Shown here in pieces: positions 18,059-20,000 of a stretch of 20,000 nt of DNA (its first letter is position 1; each line of letters starts with the position of its first letter). This DNA is from an uncultured virus (IMG/VR IMGVR_UViG_3300033170_000307) (lineage: Duplodnaviria > Heunggongvirae > Uroviricota > Caudoviricetes). The stretch is from IMG/VR virus record IMGVR_UViG_3300033170_000307. One strand, given 5' to 3'. Both the position numbers and the translations under genes were made by a program. Below the pieces are notes generated by a model that made no database searches, was not told the origin of the DNA, and saw nothing but the letters and a program-made list of their open reading frames with translations.

Positions 18059-18778
18059 TCAAGCATTGCGCACTTCCCACTCCGCCGCATAGGCCGTGCG
18101 GTAGCAGTCGACCCATGCTCCCGGCTGCCAGTGGTCGGGTACAAAGCGTGGCCACCCGGCCGGGTCGTCGAGAAGCTCGCCTACCGCAATGTCGGCCGCC
18201 TCCTCGGCGTCGCGCAAGTCCTCGTGGCGGTGAGGCCAGTCCTCGGCCGCCTGCGCGATGGCCATGGCCTGCGGCTCCCGCTGGTCTTCATCGGCCTTGC
18301 GCGGCCATGTGACGCCACCGGGCCATTCAACGTGCGAGGCGTCCCCTCGTGCGGGCGCCTCGTCGTCGCTAAGGTACCAGACGGGCTCACAGTCATCATT
18401 GTCGGCCGTGGCGCGGAGCACCACATACCCGTCTTCCGCGTCGAGTATCTCGCTAACCACAGCCAGCTCGTCGGCTGTCAGTTCGCGGTCCGTGCCCGGC
18501 TCTGCGTTCTGCAGGGCCATCAGTTCGTCGTATTGCTCCGTGCTCTCCGTCACGAGTGCCCTGTGCATCATGCTCGCCTCCCGCCGCCCGTGGCGGCTAG
18601 TGTGTTGTTCCACTACGCGTCGCCGTTCTGCACGCGCCCTGCCTCTCCTCTTCAGCGCGTGATGATTGCCCATACGACGAACAACAGCCCTACTGCGGTG
18701 TATGCTGCAACCTGAGCGACGATGCGGTGGCCGGGGTCGGCCATCCAGCCTGAAAAGAACTGGTCTGCTACTGGCCAT
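18059..18778 (-). CDS. hypothetical protein; start 18778/18781 or internal start 18571 (170 aa)
   Basis: GAGGAG near 18781 and GGGAGG before ATG 18571; the acidic part from 18571 looks clearly coding. Confidence 0.7.
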   Translation of the reverse strand: MASSRPVLFRLDGRPRPPHRRSGCSIHRSRAVVRRMGNHHALKRRGRARAERRRVVEQHTSRHGRREASMMHRALVTESTEQYDELMALQNAEPGTDRELTADELAVVSEILDAEDGYVVLRATADNDDCEPVWYLSDDEAPARGDASHVEWPGGVTWPRKADEDQREPQAMAIAQAAEDWPHRHEDLRDAEEAADIAVGELLDDPAGWPRFVPDHWQPGAWVDCYRTAYAAEWEVRNA

Positions 18779-18868
18779 CACTCCTCGTGGGTTGGTATAC
18801 TACTTCTTCAGACGAAACGTGTCAAGCTATTTCTGACACCCTACACCACTCGGCGCAGGATTGCGGGC

Positions 18869-19459
18869 CTACTTCTTGCCCGCCCGCTTCTCCAAGATAC
18901 GTTCGAGAAGCGCCGACAGTTCGTAATCGGGCACGCAGACGGGGCGGGCCTTGGGGTCGGGGTCATCCCATGCGATGGGCAGTCCGGTGTTGCGGTCGCG
19001 CACGTAGAAGATGAAGTGCGGGTCCTGCGCGGACAAAGCGCGGGCCGCGTCAATGTCCTTGGCGTACTTGCCGCAGGCGTCACACTTCTGGATGGTGCGC
19101 CGGAACAGGCCCTCGGACGGGTCCACGTCCGTCAGGATGCCGGAGCCGTCGCAGGAGCCGCACACGTCCGTCTCGCGCTCCAGTGCGCCTTCGAGGCTCA
19201 CGTCGTGGGTGGGGTATTCCTGCGTGATGTCGGACCAGATGCGCACCATCGGGTGGCCGTCATACTGCTCGATGAGGATGGGGTCGCCATAGCCATCGAA
19301 CTCCACGCGGATGCCCATGCGGGTGACGCGGATAGCCACGTCCACGCCGGGGCCTACCATGTCCGCGCTGTCGTTCTGCTCGTCCAGCCGGGTGCGGATG
19401 GTGATGGGCTGGTTCGGCAGGACCCGGCCCAGGCGAATGTCTTTCTCGTTCTGGTGCAT
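18869..19459 (-). CDS. hypothetical protein, 196 aa, with CxxCxGxG...CxxC zinc finger
   Basis: AAGGAGGT RBS; CGSCDGSG...CDACG. Confidence 0.8.
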   Translation of the reverse strand: MHQNEKDIRLGRVLPNQPITIRTRLDEQNDSADMVGPGVDVAIRVTRMGIRVEFDGYGDPILIEQYDGHPMVRIWSDITQEYPTHDVSLEGALERETDVCGSCDGSGILTDVDPSEGLFRRTIQKCDACGKYAKDIDAARALSAQDPHFIFYVRDRNTGLPIAWDDPDPKARPVCVPDYELSALLERILEKRAGKK

Positions 19460-19541
19460 GAAGCACCTCCTTGGTAGGTTGTACTCCTATGCGCACGATT
19501 GCGGACAGCCCCCACCCGATGCGTTGGGCAGGGGCCGGCCG

Positions 19542-19859
19542 CTACTCCTTCACGACGAACGCGGGTCCGTCCTTGGGCAGCAGGTGGTTAGGCAGGTCGG
19601 GGTCATCATCTTCGGGCACGTTGAAGCCCGTCATCATGATGCCGTCCGTGCTGAACTCGATGGGTTTGTCATACAACGCTTCGTTGTTGACGGTGTGACC
19701 CTCGCCGATTACGTCGTCGCCATAGGCGGCGACCAGCGAGCGCACGGTCGTCCCGTTGTCCACCGCCGGCGCCTCGATGCCGTTCTCGGTCATCACCAGC
19801 AGTTGGGCCAAGCCGGAGCCGTGGCTCCCGGCGAACCCCACGATGCGTCCCTTTGTCAT
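19542..19859 (-). CDS. acidic hypothetical protein, 105 aa
   Basis: GGAGGT RBS; fills one unit. Confidence 0.75.
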   Translation of the reverse strand: MTKGRIVGFAGSHGSGLAQLLVMTENGIEAPAVDNGTTVRSLVAAYGDDVIGEGHTVNNEALYDKPIEFSTDGIMMTGFNVPEDDDPDLPNHLLPKDGPAFVVKE

Positions 19860-19912
19860 GGTTGACCTCCAGAGTGGTTCTTACACCACTGTGCGCACGA
19901 TTGCGGGGCTAT

Positions 19913-20000
19913 CGCCCGCGCCAGCGGGCGTTCTATCCGCCGCCCGCGCCAGCGGGCGTTCTATCCGCCGCCCGCGCCAGCGGGCGTTCTATCCGCCGCC
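19913..20000. repeat. 28-bp perfect tandem repeat, at least 3 copies, truncated by the window end
   Basis: CGCCCGCGCCAGCGGGCGTTCTATCCGC at 19913, 19941, 19969. Confidence 0.95.

Larger units (their letters stand above)
3701..19906 (-). repeat. motif A: ~25-bp intergenic element, 40 standalone copies, all in the same orientation
   Basis: + strand consensus TACACTACTCTGCGCA[C/G/T]GATTGCGG starting at about 3701, 4154, 4244, 4363, 4508, 4828, 5030, 5131, 5250, 5575, 5699, 6187, 6561, 6891, 7391, 7785, 8118, 8516, 8818, 9154, 9838, 10063, 10417, 10850, 11208, 11631, 12165, 12748, 13200, 13553, 14094, 14700, 15201, 15731, 16267, 17204, 18025, 18842, 19480, 19882. Confidence 0.97.

Noticed and set aside
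3720..19865. Long plus-strand ORFs over the array (e.g. 15220-16341, 8468-9343, 12222-13052)
   Set aside because: Antisense shadows of high-GC minus-strand genes; they cross motif boundaries and lack RBSs
3701..19906. Motif A array as a CRISPR array
   Set aside because: Intervals range from ~90 to ~900 bp and mostly hold whole genes; repeats are degenerate; no cas genes in the window
3701..19906. Motif A as a standard sigma70 promoter
   Set aside because: The TAGTGT-like -10 candidate is not conserved (GAGTGT, TGGTGT, TAGTAC variants) and no TTGACA-like -35 lies at 17 bp

Overview
High-GC, phage-like or other mobile-element DNA with no structural, replication, rRNA/tRNA, cas or recognisable recombinase genes. 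Left part (1-2000): short minus-strand genes, including an HNH endonuclease and a secreted-type gene frameshifted by a 29-bp duplication. A sigma70-like promoter at ~2211 drives the only clear plus-strand gene (~348 aa, unknown function), which ends at a strong terminator. From ~3500 to the window end there is a long, co-oriented array of ~35 small, mutually unrelated minus-strand genes. Almost every gene is delimited by the same ~25-bp element (motif A, sense strand CCGCAATC[G/C/A]TGCGCAGAGTAGTGTA; 40 standalone copies by manual count). Motif A usually starts 0-3 nt after the upstream stop codon and precedes a GGAGGT ribosome-binding leader. A second ~85-bp element (motif B, 9 copies) has fixed-spacing boxes, usually embeds the motif A core, and often lies next to terminator-like hairpins. 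Two degenerate motif A copies also precede the promoter of the plus-strand gene. The best candidate for an undescribed system is this repeat-delimited gene-cassette array with a possible cognate regulator; whether the repeats act in transcription, RNA processing or recombination cannot be decided from sequence alone.
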